Source: an uncultured Methanoregulaceae archaeon (GTDB taxonomy: Archaea; Halobacteriota; Methanomicrobia; Methanomicrobiales; Methanospirillaceae). Taken from it: a DNA stretch of 64,000 nt. The stretch is taken from assembly GCA_963841015.1 (NCBI GenBank), contig CAWJAX010000005.1, forward strand, positions 256,001 to 320,000, read 5' to 3'. Positions 31,395 to 40,838 of this stretch are shown here, one piece after another; the first letter of the stretch is position 1; each line of letters opens with the position of its first letter. A model generated the notes under the pieces. It made no database searches and was not told the origin of the DNA. It worked only from the letters and a program-made list of their open reading frames with translations. Position numbers and translations under genes: made by a program.

Positions 31395-32252
31395 ATGTAC
31401 GTACTCTGCAGTCCCTGTGTTCTCAATCCAGCGCTGCGTGCAAAGGGTATCACAAAACCCTCGGATCTCGAGATGTTCGAGCGCACAATAGAACGGTGCA
31501 AAAAATTCAATATCGAAATGCTGCCACTTCCTTGTCCGGAGACGGTATATCTGGGACCTGACAGGAAACCCGGGACTTTTCTCGAAAGACTCAACACGCA
31601 GGAATTCACTCATCTCCTTGATGTGATGGCAAAAGAGGTTCAGGAGATCATCGAATTGCGGGGACCTCCCGCTTTTATGATAGGGGTAAATTCGTCGCCT
31701 ACCTGTGGTGTGACAAGTACCTATTATGGAAGTGATGGGACCACCCCTCCAAAGAAAGCGGGTCGGGGTATGTTTTTAAACCGATTCCCTCAAATCAGGG
31801 CTTTGGACGTTGCGTCATTCTCTCAATATCGCGTTTATCTGGCAGCACCTCTTTTTTCAGAATCGGAACGCGTTTATAATCTGTCGGTTGCCGGGCAATT
31901 GAGAAATAACTTTTTTGAGGTATATCTCCCTCAGGAAGCGGGTGATGATTCAGATACGAGGAACACAGAAGAACAGGTCCGGATCTTTTCTGAAAATCTG
32001 AGAGCTCTTCAAAATGCTGACATAATTGTTGCAATTATCGATGGTGCAGATGCAGATTCGGGGACAGCATGGGAGATGGGGTATGCATACGCAAACGGGA
32101 AAAAGGTAATTGCATTACGAACGGATTTCCGAAGATCCGGCAGGTATGAAAAGGTCAATCTCATGCTCGAAGAATCGTCAACGGTAGTGACCAGTATTGA
32201 GTATCTCCTCGATGCGGTAAAATCGCCCTTAATTATGAAATACGATTCATAG
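31395..32252 (+). CDS. DUF523/TudS-like Fe-S domain fused to a nucleoside 2-deoxyribosyltransferase/N-glycosidase domain
   Basis: N-terminal half has SPC, PCPE, SPTCG and GMF. C-terminal half has YLAAPLF, DSGTAWEMG and NLML. Confidence 0.85.
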   Translation: MYVLCSPCVLNPALRAKGITKPSDLEMFERTIERCKKFNIEMLPLPCPETVYLGPDRKPGTFLERLNTQEFTHLLDVMAKEVQEIIELRGPPAFMIGVNSSPTCGVTSTYYGSDGTTPPKKAGRGMFLNRFPQIRALDVASFSQYRVYLAAPLFSESERVYNLSVAGQLRNNFFEVYLPQEAGDDSDTRNTEEQVRIFSENLRALQNADIIVAIIDGADADSGTAWEMGYAYANGKKVIALRTDFRRSGRYEKVNLMLEESSTVVTSIEYLLDAVKSPLIMKYDS

Positions 32253-32516
32253 TCGTACGTTTGTGTACACTCACCAAATCACTTTGAATTTTTATCGATG
32301 TTACAGAAAATTTCTGAAAAATTGTATGTATTGTGTGCCTTTCCAACCCTTTTTTTGTGCTTGCGCCGTTCAGTTTTTTTAGCCGATCGAAAATGTGTTC
32401 AGGAAAAAAACAGAGTATTATCACATCTGCCTTTCTGGAAAGGATTGATTGATGAGAAGGCATCAGATATGAGTTTTGTATAAAATCTCTTATTTCTAAA
32501 CATCCAATAATTCTCT

Positions 32517-33488
32517 ATGTCCAACCTTACCGTGGCTATCCTTGCTCCCCCCGATTATGCCAAAGATCTGGGAAAAAAAGGAACGACCAGCGATATTACT
32601 TTCTATAATCTGAAAAAAGGGGATGCAACGGTCACCTTCATTGAGCCGACACGGTATCCGGAAAAGTTATCATCGCTGTTTTATGCAGTATCCATTGCGG
32701 ATCGGGTGGTCCTGGTTGTTGATGAAATTAATGCTACTTTTGGTGAGTGCGTCCTGATGCTCCAGTGCGCAGGAAAATCCAATGGATATCTTATCCTCAA
32801 GAATTATATTTCACCGGATCAGATTGCGCCTCTTCTCAAGGGCACGGTTCTTGAGAATTACGAGGTGATTGAGGAAGATATTGTCGGTCTGCGCGAGAAA
32901 ATGCTTGATATTTCCGTAAAACAGACAGCCCACCAGAAAGCTCATGAATCCGGGGGGAAAGGGGTAGTTCCGGTTGATGCACATTTCAATGTGAAAGGGG
33001 TCGGGGTGGTTGTGCTTGGATTCGTGGCTCAGGGGATAATAAAAAAGCACGATACGCTAAGGATCCTTCCGACAGAAAAAACCGCCCAGATCCGCTCTAT
33101 CCAGAAACATGATGATGATGCTGACAACGCGATCAAAGGTGACAGAGTTGGACTCGCCCTGAAAAATATTGAATCTGAAGACCTTGACCGGGGTTTTGTG
33201 CTTACGAATGATCCAGCAATAAAACATGCCACCACCCTATCGGGAAAAGCCCAGCTTGTGAAATACTGGCCGGCCCCTCTGAAAGAGGGCATGGTGCTCT
33301 ATGCCGGCCACTGGATGCAGTTCCTTCCCACCCGCCTGGAAAAAGTTGTTGTGGATAGTGACTGGAGGATGCCCACCATCATTCTTTCCCTGGAAAAAGC
33401 TCTTATTTACCCCCCTGGTGCCCGTGTCGTGCTCCATTATCTGGAAGGTGGCAAGCTTCGTGTAGTAGGGAGTCTTATTATTTCTTAA
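32517..33488 (+). CDS. SelB/EF-Tu-like protein with degenerate G domain (aSelBL-like)
   Basis: EF-Tu domain II motifs (VDAHFNVKGVGVVVLG, IRSIQKHD, GDRVGLALK, RGFVL); no intact GxxxxGK[ST]. Confidence 0.85.
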   Translation: MSNLTVAILAPPDYAKDLGKKGTTSDITFYNLKKGDATVTFIEPTRYPEKLSSLFYAVSIADRVVLVVDEINATFGECVLMLQCAGKSNGYLILKNYISPDQIAPLLKGTVLENYEVIEEDIVGLREKMLDISVKQTAHQKAHESGGKGVVPVDAHFNVKGVGVVVLGFVAQGIIKKHDTLRILPTEKTAQIRSIQKHDDDADNAIKGDRVGLALKNIESEDLDRGFVLTNDPAIKHATTLSGKAQLVKYWPAPLKEGMVLYAGHWMQFLPTRLEKVVVDSDWRMPTIILSLEKALIYPPGARVVLHYLEGGKLRVVGSLIIS

Positions 33489-33597
33489 TCCATTTTTTGT
33501 TTTTTATTGCTTTCTTTGTAATATCTACCTGACCAAATATATTCAGCGGGTCTCCCTGTTTCCTAATACCTTATGTAGTGGTAAGATTATCTGTACA

Positions 33598-34170
33598 TTG
33601 ATAGATATGGAGATCTTTGGATGGATTGTACTGGGTGTCATAACCCTTGTGATTATTGGACTGATCATATGGGCTGTCGGCATCTACAACCGTTTCTACA
33701 GCCTGAAAAATTCATCCGAGGCAACCCTCGGACAGATCCGTGTAGCCATGAAAAAACGGCTGGACATGATCGACCAGCTGCTTGGTGCGGTTAAAAGCTA
33801 TGCGAAGTTTGAGAAAGAAACCTTCGAACGTGTTACCGCAATGCGGGCAAGTGTAGCAACTGCCTCTCCGGGTGATCTGAATAAGGTTGAGGCCGAATCC
33901 CGATCGATCTTCGGACGGCTGTTAGCTGTTGCAGAAAATTATCCTGATCTTAAGACATCAACAACGGTAACCAGTCTTATGGACGCGGTAAAAGGAATTG
34001 AGGAAGAAATTGCACGGCAGCGCTATACCTATAACAACATTTCGCAGGAGTTCAACACGATGATGGATACAATTCCTTCCAGTTTCATCGGGCGAATGAT
34101 CGGGCTTATCAAGCTTGAATACCTGCAATTTGAAGAAGCGATCAAAACTCCTCCGAAGATTGAGTTCTAA
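33598..34170 (+). CDS. lemA: LemA family protein
   Basis: N-terminal TM helix, YN, KKRLDMI, AVAENYPDLK and RYTYNN. Confidence 0.92.
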   Translation: MIDMEIFGWIVLGVITLVIIGLIIWAVGIYNRFYSLKNSSEATLGQIRVAMKKRLDMIDQLLGAVKSYAKFEKETFERVTAMRASVATASPGDLNKVEAESRSIFGRLLAVAENYPDLKTSTTVTSLMDAVKGIEEEIARQRYTYNNISQEFNTMMDTIPSSFIGRMIGLIKLEYLQFEEAIKTPPKIEF

Positions 34171-34182
34171 TGGGTAATAGCT

Positions 34183-36009
34183 GTGAGTGAAATAAAACAA
34201 CTGGTCTCACTTTTTATCGCGACTCTGGTCCTTGGCATAATCGGACTGGGTCTCGTCATAGTGATTCCTCCACTTTTCGAAGGCGACCTTGTGGTTGACT
34301 CGTATAACGCTGTCCTGTACGAAAACGGGACCCTGACCGAGCAATATACCTATGATGTTAAAACATCCGGCCAGTACCGCATGCTGTACCGTTCATGGGA
34401 GGCCCCCCTCACCCTTGGCACAAGTTCAAGCCCGTCTGTGCAATTTATTTCGGCAATTCCACCTTCTGGTACTATTGGCTATGCAAAGGACGAGGAGGGT
34501 AATGTGGTTGTTATCGGTGTTTCCGAAGGCAGTCCCTCGAAAGCAACAATCAGAAATCTGGCCGAAACCAACGAAGTAGGAATATTCAGACCAGAGTATT
34601 ACAATCAGGGTAAATACTCCGTTGGATACACCTTCCTCATTCATCCCCCTATCGAATACGATACCACTTCATCGCATCTCAACCTGAAATTCGCTGGGGC
34701 GAGTCACATACCTTACCGGAACGTCAAAATCACTGTCCCTTCAGGAAAGGTCGAACAAATTTATGTATATCCGCCCTCTTTGAAAACCGAAAAGACAGGT
34801 GAAGCATTTGTTATCTCGGGGAGTGTTGCAGAAAATGAAAACCTGGCTGTCGAAATCCTCTCGAATGCCGATGGTTTTAATCAGATTCAGGGATACAGGA
34901 ATAAAGTCGGGAATGTCAGGGAAGCAACAAGCTGGGCTGCTTTCTGGTACAATCTTACGTATTATGGAGCGTATTTCCTGAACTTTTGTGCAAAAATTGC
35001 AGTAATATCAGTCCCCTTCCTTCTCCTCGCTATTTACCACTGGTATGGCAGGGAAAAATCATTCACGGTTCCCGAGTACCTGAGCACGATTCCCAATCCC
35101 GCTATGAAACCATGGCAGGTGAACCTGCTATTCAAAGGCGATGCTCTCGATTTTGATGAGGATGGGTATTACGCTTCGCTACTCGATCTTCACAGGAGAA
35201 AGATCATCTCAATTACTGAAAAAGATGAAGGAAAGGGAATTGAAATCAGAGTACTTTCCGGTGCTACGACGGATCCCTACGAGCAGCGTGTCCTTGGTTT
35301 TGTCGACCTTGTATCAGAAAACAGTGTATTGGATACTTCCAGAATCGAAGCACTGGCTCTTCGTGCAAAAACAAATCCCCTTGCAGAAGAGACAGCATTA
35401 AAATATCAACGCTCACTTAATGATGTAACCCGCAGGGTTGATACGTCCATTATATCTCAGTATATCGTTGATGGACGGGATCTCCTGGTACCTCTCCTGC
35501 TATCAGGCATCGTTTTGTTTGCAATAACCCTGATCTTTGCCTTTATTGCGTCCCTTCAATCATACATTCTTATCCCTGCTGCAGTGCTCTGGGGAGTAGT
35601 TGTAGCCCAGGCAATACTTTCTTTTGCTGCCCCTTCCACGCTTTTCGGACATTGGAAGGATGACCGGTATAAAGAAAAGCTTGAGTGGGATGCCTTCACC
35701 CGCTTCCTTTCTGATATGGCAATGATTCAGAAGTATGCTCCGGCAGATCTGTCGATGTGGGGTGAATGGCTTGTGTATGGAACTGCTCTGGGTGTAGGGG
35801 ATAAAGTAGAGCGGGCAATGAAAGCACTCAACATACGTGTAGCAGAAACAGGTGTCCCTATTGGTGTTATGGGAATGAACACGGCATTCGTTCCCCTTAT
35901 GCACTTCAGCCCACCAAGTCACGGAAAATCAGGAGGTTCTGGTGGTTTTGGTGGAGGAGGATTTGGTGGTGGAGGAGGATTTGGTGGCGGTGGCGCCGGG
36001 GGGAGATGA
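34183..36009 (+). CDS. DUF2207 family membrane protein
   Basis: WDAFTRFLSD..WGEWLVYGTALGVG motif, Gly-rich GGFGGG tail; typical lemA neighbour. Confidence 0.87.
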   Translation: MSEIKQLVSLFIATLVLGIIGLGLVIVIPPLFEGDLVVDSYNAVLYENGTLTEQYTYDVKTSGQYRMLYRSWEAPLTLGTSSSPSVQFISAIPPSGTIGYAKDEEGNVVVIGVSEGSPSKATIRNLAETNEVGIFRPEYYNQGKYSVGYTFLIHPPIEYDTTSSHLNLKFAGASHIPYRNVKITVPSGKVEQIYVYPPSLKTEKTGEAFVISGSVAENENLAVEILSNADGFNQIQGYRNKVGNVREATSWAAFWYNLTYYGAYFLNFCAKIAVISVPFLLLAIYHWYGREKSFTVPEYLSTIPNPAMKPWQVNLLFKGDALDFDEDGYYASLLDLHRRKIISITEKDEGKGIEIRVLSGATTDPYEQRVLGFVDLVSENSVLDTSRIEALALRAKTNPLAEETALKYQRSLNDVTRRVDTSIISQYIVDGRDLLVPLLLSGIVLFAITLIFAFIASLQSYILIPAAVLWGVVVAQAILSFAAPSTLFGHWKDDRYKEKLEWDAFTRFLSDMAMIQKYAPADLSMWGEWLVYGTALGVGDKVERAMKALNIRVAETGVPIGVMGMNTAFVPLMHFSPPSHGKSGGSGGFGGGGFGGGGGFGGGGAGGR

Positions 36010-36162
36010 GATTTGAACCCTGAAAACTCCAGGTACGTGTGATAATTGAACACGTATCATTTTTCTGACGTTTGGCAATAATTAAAACGCCATTTTGGCT
36101 TTCATCATAAAAGTTATAAATCCGCACAAACCATATGAATACCAAAAAGGGAATCTGATACT

Positions 36163-36750
36163 ATGCAATATACGGAAGGACAGATCGGCAGGGTTTTTGT
36201 CGTGAGGATTGACGATGGCGAAGATATGTTGATTTCGCTGCGCCAGTTTATCAGTGACAAAAGTATCCAGGCCGGCTCGATCCTTTTTCTCGGAGCCCTG
36301 ATGAACGGGAGGATGGTAACCGGACCCGAAGATCCTGTAATACCACCGGTCCCTCATTTTGTATTGTTTGAGGGGGGTTGGGAAGTTTTTGGTGTGGGAA
36401 CAATTTATCCAGGTGAAGGAGGCCCGCATATCCATTATCATGCCTCGGTAGGTCGTTCCGGGCATGCCCTCACCGGTTGTCTGAGGGAAAAAGCAATAAC
36501 ATATCTTATCGTTGAAGCGGTTATTATGGAATTTAACGGTCTTTCCGCACGACGGGAATTTGATAAAAGAACCCAGGTCCATCTTCCGGTACTGGGAAAA
36601 GAAGTGGGGACAACCTCTCCCGGCACAATCGATGCCGTCGATTCAGGTGAATCCAGTAAAGAATCCCCACAGGATGAAGAACAGATGGACGATCTACCCG
36701 AAGGACTTGCCGATATTATCCGTGACCTGACTGGCAGATCTTCATTGTGA
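36163..36750 (+). CDS. PPC/DUF296 domain protein
   Basis: VVRIDDGED, HIHYH..GR and GCL..EAVI, with an acidic tail. Confidence 0.85.
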   Translation: MQYTEGQIGRVFVVRIDDGEDMLISLRQFISDKSIQAGSILFLGALMNGRMVTGPEDPVIPPVPHFVLFEGGWEVFGVGTIYPGEGGPHIHYHASVGRSGHALTGCLREKAITYLIVEAVIMEFNGLSARREFDKRTQVHLPVLGKEVGTTSPGTIDAVDSGESSKESPQDEEQMDDLPEGLADIIRDLTGRSSL

Positions 36751-36791
36751 AGAAAATTTTTGCTTACCAGATTCTTCACGAATACTTTTCA

Positions 36792-38639
36792 ATGGTTATG
36801 ATGCATCAGCCAGAATTTCTTCCCATTTCAGGCATAGAGAAAAACAGGCTGGGCATCCGGCAATTGGATATCATCCTGGTAACAGGGGATGCATATGTTG
36901 ATCATCCCTCTTTTGGTACTGCTCTGATCGGCAGGGTTCTGTGGGATGCCGGTTTCACCGTGGGAATCATTGCACAGCCTGACTGGACAACTTCTGCTGA
37001 CTTCACTGAGTTGGGAAAACCGCGACTTTTTTTCGGTATATCTTCAGGAAATGTTGACTCCATGGTGAATAATTTCACACCGAATCTTAAACGGCGGAGT
37101 CATGATGTCTATTCCCCGGGGGGAATTCCCAAACGACCCGATCGGGCAACCATTGTCTACACCAACCGGGTTCACGAACTTTTTCCGGACACTCCGATTG
37201 TCCTTGGGGGTATTGAGGCAAGTCTTCGAAGGTTTGCCCATTATGATTACTGGCAGGATCGCGTCCGGCAAGCAATCCTTGCTGACGCCCCGGCGGATTT
37301 GCTTGTTTTTGGCATGGGAGAGAGACAGGTGGTGGAGATTGCCCGGCGGCTTGCATCCGGTGAAACTATTGCATCGCTACGGGATATCCGGGGAACTGCG
37401 TTCAGGTTGGAAATCGCAGAGTGGCGCAGTAAACGACCGGAAGGGATTATTGAACTCCCCGGGTTCACTGAAGTTGCACAGAATAGAACCTTATACGCCA
37501 GTGCTTTTGCAATGCATTATCGCGAACAGGATCCCATTCGGGGAAGGCCTGTAGCGCAACCACACCCGAAGACGGTTGTAATTCAGAATCCCCCGGCACT
37601 GCCACTGACGACCAAAGAACTTGATCACATTTATGATCTTCCTTTCTCCCGGCGTGCTCACCCATCATATACAGAAGGAGTTCCTGCTCTTGAACCCGTA
37701 CAGTTCTCCATTACGAGTCATCGGGGATGTTTTGGTGCCTGTTCTTTCTGTGCCTTAACCCATCACCAGGGCAGGATCATCCAGAGCAGGAGCAGTGCAT
37801 CGATCATCCGAGAAGTAACCCGTATGACCAGGATGCCGGAATTTAAGGGGATCGTGCAGGATGTAGGGGGTCCTACGGCAAATATGTACTGCTTGTCCTG
37901 TGACCTTTGGGAAAAACACGGAGCCTGCAGGGATAAACACTGCAGCCCGTCATGTAAAAATCTGGATACGAGCCATCGGCATCAAGGCAAACTCCTCAAT
38001 AACATCCGCGAAATTCCGGGGGTGAAAAAAGTCTTTATTGGTTCGGGGATTCGTTATGATCTTGCGCTTGCGGACGATTCCGGCTATCTGGAAATGATCT
38101 GTGATCATCATGTTTCCGGACATCTTAAAGTTGCACCGGAACATGTGATAAAAAACGTCACTGATGTTATGAACAAACCTGATCGTGAAGTTTTTGATCG
38201 GTTCTGCGAACGTTTCGAAAAATTGCAGAAAGGAAAAAAGAAACGGCAATACCTGCTACCGTACTTCATGTCAGGGCATCCCGGCTGTTCTGTCAAAGAT
38301 ATGGTCGAGCTTGCTGTCTATATCCGTGACCACCAGCTCTATACCGAGCAGGTGCAGGACTTCACCCCTACACCGATGAGTGTATCGACCTGTATGTACT
38401 ATACCAGCCTCAATCCCTTTACTCTGGAGCCGGTTCACGTTCCGAAGGGAAATGAAAAGAAGATACAGCGTGCTCTGATGCAGTATCGTGATCCTGACAA
38501 CAGGAGATTAGTTATTGAAGGACTTACCTTAGCAGGAAGAACCGATCTCATTGGTAACGGAGGGCAGTTTCTTGTTCCTGCTACTGAAAGGGGGAATAAT
38601 AAGGTCACATTAAAACAGAGCAGGAAAAAAATAACGTGA
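36792..38639 (+). CDS. ygiQ: YgiQ family radical SAM protein
   Basis: GDAYVDHPSFG, GGIEASLRR, RGCFGACSFC, GGPTANMY and QVQDFTPTP. Confidence 0.93.
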   Translation: MVMMHQPEFLPISGIEKNRLGIRQLDIILVTGDAYVDHPSFGTALIGRVLWDAGFTVGIIAQPDWTTSADFTELGKPRLFFGISSGNVDSMVNNFTPNLKRRSHDVYSPGGIPKRPDRATIVYTNRVHELFPDTPIVLGGIEASLRRFAHYDYWQDRVRQAILADAPADLLVFGMGERQVVEIARRLASGETIASLRDIRGTAFRLEIAEWRSKRPEGIIELPGFTEVAQNRTLYASAFAMHYREQDPIRGRPVAQPHPKTVVIQNPPALPLTTKELDHIYDLPFSRRAHPSYTEGVPALEPVQFSITSHRGCFGACSFCALTHHQGRIIQSRSSASIIREVTRMTRMPEFKGIVQDVGGPTANMYCLSCDLWEKHGACRDKHCSPSCKNLDTSHRHQGKLLNNIREIPGVKKVFIGSGIRYDLALADDSGYLEMICDHHVSGHLKVAPEHVIKNVTDVMNKPDREVFDRFCERFEKLQKGKKKRQYLLPYFMSGHPGCSVKDMVELAVYIRDHQLYTEQVQDFTPTPMSVSTCMYYTSLNPFTLEPVHVPKGNEKKIQRALMQYRDPDNRRLVIEGLTLAGRTDLIGNGGQFLVPATERGNNKVTLKQSRKKIT

Positions 38640-38836
38640 TCCATCAGCGTTTTAGGTGAGCCCTCCCTAAATGAACAGCAGTAATATGATTAAAATGTAC
38701 TATTCTGAAAAGCGTGTTTATCACAGTCTTTACAGGAATCTGGTTCATTGTAAAACGAAGAATGAAAATCTTACACAACGGACGCAATATTTTTTGCAGC
38801 GATTGTTTGTGAAAGCCGATTCATTTTAAAAAAAAA

Positions 38837-40186
38837 TTATCTTCTTCCGTATTCATCGTCGAATCTTACAATGTCATTCTCTTCAAGGTATTCTCCAAGC
38901 TGAACCTCAATAACTTCAAGCGGTATAATACCCGGATTTTTTAACCTGTGCCTCATACCACTGCGGACAAATGTGCTCTCACCTTGCCTGAGAAACCGGG
39001 TCTCTCCATTCAGTTCGACTTCCGCAGTCCCGCTTACCACAACCCAATGTTCACTCCGGTGATGGTGCAGCTGAAGGGAGAGTTTCTGGCCAGGTTTGAC
39101 ACTAACACGTTTGATTTTATAGATTTCCGTTTCTTCAAGAACCGTGTAAGATCCCCAGGGCCGGTGCACCTGACGGTGGTATTTCGTAACCGGATCATTT
39201 TGCTCATTATACCTGTTGACAAGTTGTTTTACCTGCTCCGTATGCCGGGTGTCACATATCAGGAGCGCATCGGATGTGTCAACAACAATGAGGTCATGAA
39301 CACCAATCAGACCTACATGTTTTCCCGGTGCCTGCACAAAATTATTTTTCGCTGAAAAATATTCGGCTTTACCGACATTCCCCTCACTATCATGCACCTC
39401 GAGGTCATAAAGGGCTTTGAATGTACCCAGATCACTCCACTCGGTTTCAAGAGTCACAACTGCAACCTTTTTTGAGTGCTCCAGCAGCCCGTAATCGATG
39501 GAAATCGATTCAAGTTTTCTGTAATCCGCAATGTGCCCCTCGGAGAATGCATTGAACAGATCCGGACGATATTTTTTCAGTTCCTGAAAAAAAGAATCGA
39601 TAGAGAGGAGAAATATCCCGCTGTTCCAGAGATATCCCTTCCGGACATATTCTTGTGCTGTTTTTTCATCAGGTTTCTCTTTGAATTCATCAACAACTGC
39701 CCCAAGGGAAAGCAGTTTTCCTGGTTTAATATATCCATAACCTGTCTGGGGGGAGGTTGGTTTTATACCGAATGTGACAAGGTTTTTTCTGGAAAGTGGT
39801 TCTGCGGCACGAATCTGATCGAGAGCAGAATCGCCAAGGATGTGATCACTGGGCAATACTACTACGGTGTCAGAGGAAGAAAAACTCCGGATTCGCTGCA
39901 TTGCCCATGCGATGGCAGGCAATGTGTTTTTCCCTACTGGCTCTGCAAGAAGATGATCATCAGAAATGGAGTATCCGAGTTCCTCAATCTGATTACGGGC
40001 GAGATACTGGTGGATTTCGTTGGTAACTACAAATATCCCCCCGGGATCTGAGAGCCGGTTTGCCCGTTCGTACGTCTTTTGAAAAAGTGAATGACCGTCA
40101 AGTGGGATAAACTGCTTAGGATAATACTCCCGTGAGAGTGGCCAGAGTCTCGTTCCGACTCCTCCAGCAAGAATGATGGATTTCAT
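38837..40186 (-). CDS. manC: Mannose-1-phosphate guanylyltransferase/mannose-6-phosphate isomerase
   Basis: LAGGVGTRLWPLSR..PKQF, EKP, SIDYG and WSDLG, plus a cupin (RPWG, SLQLHHHRSEHW). Confidence 0.95.
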   Translation of the reverse strand: MKSIILAGGVGTRLWPLSREYYPKQFIPLDGHSLFQKTYERANRLSDPGGIFVVTNEIHQYLARNQIEELGYSISDDHLLAEPVGKNTLPAIAWAMQRIRSFSSSDTVVVLPSDHILGDSALDQIRAAEPLSRKNLVTFGIKPTSPQTGYGYIKPGKLLSLGAVVDEFKEKPDEKTAQEYVRKGYLWNSGIFLLSIDSFFQELKKYRPDLFNAFSEGHIADYRKLESISIDYGLLEHSKKVAVVTLETEWSDLGTFKALYDLEVHDSEGNVGKAEYFSAKNNFVQAPGKHVGLIGVHDLIVVDTSDALLICDTRHTEQVKQLVNRYNEQNDPVTKYHRQVHRPWGSYTVLEETEIYKIKRVSVKPGQKLSLQLHHHRSEHWVVVSGTAEVELNGETRFLRQGESTFVRSGMRHRLKNPGIIPLEVIEVQLGEYLEENDIVRFDDEYGRR

Positions 40187-40352
40187 GATGTATCCGGATC
40201 CTGAACCGATTTAATGCAGTATTGTTCAGAAATATATCACATAACTCTGTCCGGAGTCACTATTTAGAGGATTCGATCCCGCACATTATGGTAAAAATGG
40301 ACCCTGTATGATAAAATAGTTAGGTGAATATTCTGCAGGTATGAAGAAAGCG

Positions 40353-40838
40353 TCATCTCTTTTTTGAAGATGTCGCTTTTCGTCTGGGGTTTACTTTGCT
40401 TACTCCTTTTGTCTCACAAGGTATGCAGCTTTCCATCTTCTCGTCAAAGATACGGTAGGAGTTCGCGAGCACTGATGAGTTGGATATCATACCGGCCAGC
40501 AGGATCACTTCCAGGATCTCTTCCCTGCTCGCACCCATTTTAAGAGCTGCCTGCATATGGTATCCCGTGCAGTGTGGACATTTGAGTGCTGCTCCAACGG
40601 CAAGGCTGATTAGTTCGACATATTTTGGATCGAGCGGGCTGGTCTGAGCCACCGTACCCTTATAGAGGAGATGGGAAATGAGTACTTCAGGACGTTCCCC
40701 CATCCGTTTGAAAATAAGAGGAACACGCCCATATTCTGCTTCAATCTCCTTCATCCACGTATCGGCCGTTACATCTGCGCCTCGAGCTACAATCTGTGCC
40801 AGACGCTCCTCAAATTCTTCTTTGGTTGTTTTTTCCAT
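40353..40838 (-). CDS. Carboxymuconolactone decarboxylase/AhpD-like protein
   Basis: ELISLAVGAALKCPHCTGYH..GASREEI; a second CIPC motif near the C-terminus. Confidence 0.88.
   Translation of the reverse strand: MEKTTKEEFEERLAQIVARGADVTADTWMKEIEAEYGRVPLIFKRMGERPEVLISHLLYKGTVAQTSPLDPKYVELISLAVGAALKCPHCTGYHMQAALKMGASREEILEVILLAGMISNSSVLANSYRIFDEKMESCIPCETKGVSKVNPRRKATSSKKR

Noticed and set aside
35930-36005. Tandem GGTGGAGGAGGATTT-like repeats
   Set aside because: They encode the Gly-rich GGFGGG tail of the DUF2207 protein; there are no spacers, so this is not CRISPR or a separate repeat.
35991-36030. tRNA-3'-end-like string on the minus strand (GGGTTCAAATC...GGCGCCA)
   Set aside because: The T-stem pairs poorly, no D or anticodon arms can be folded, and it overlaps the DUF2207 stop.
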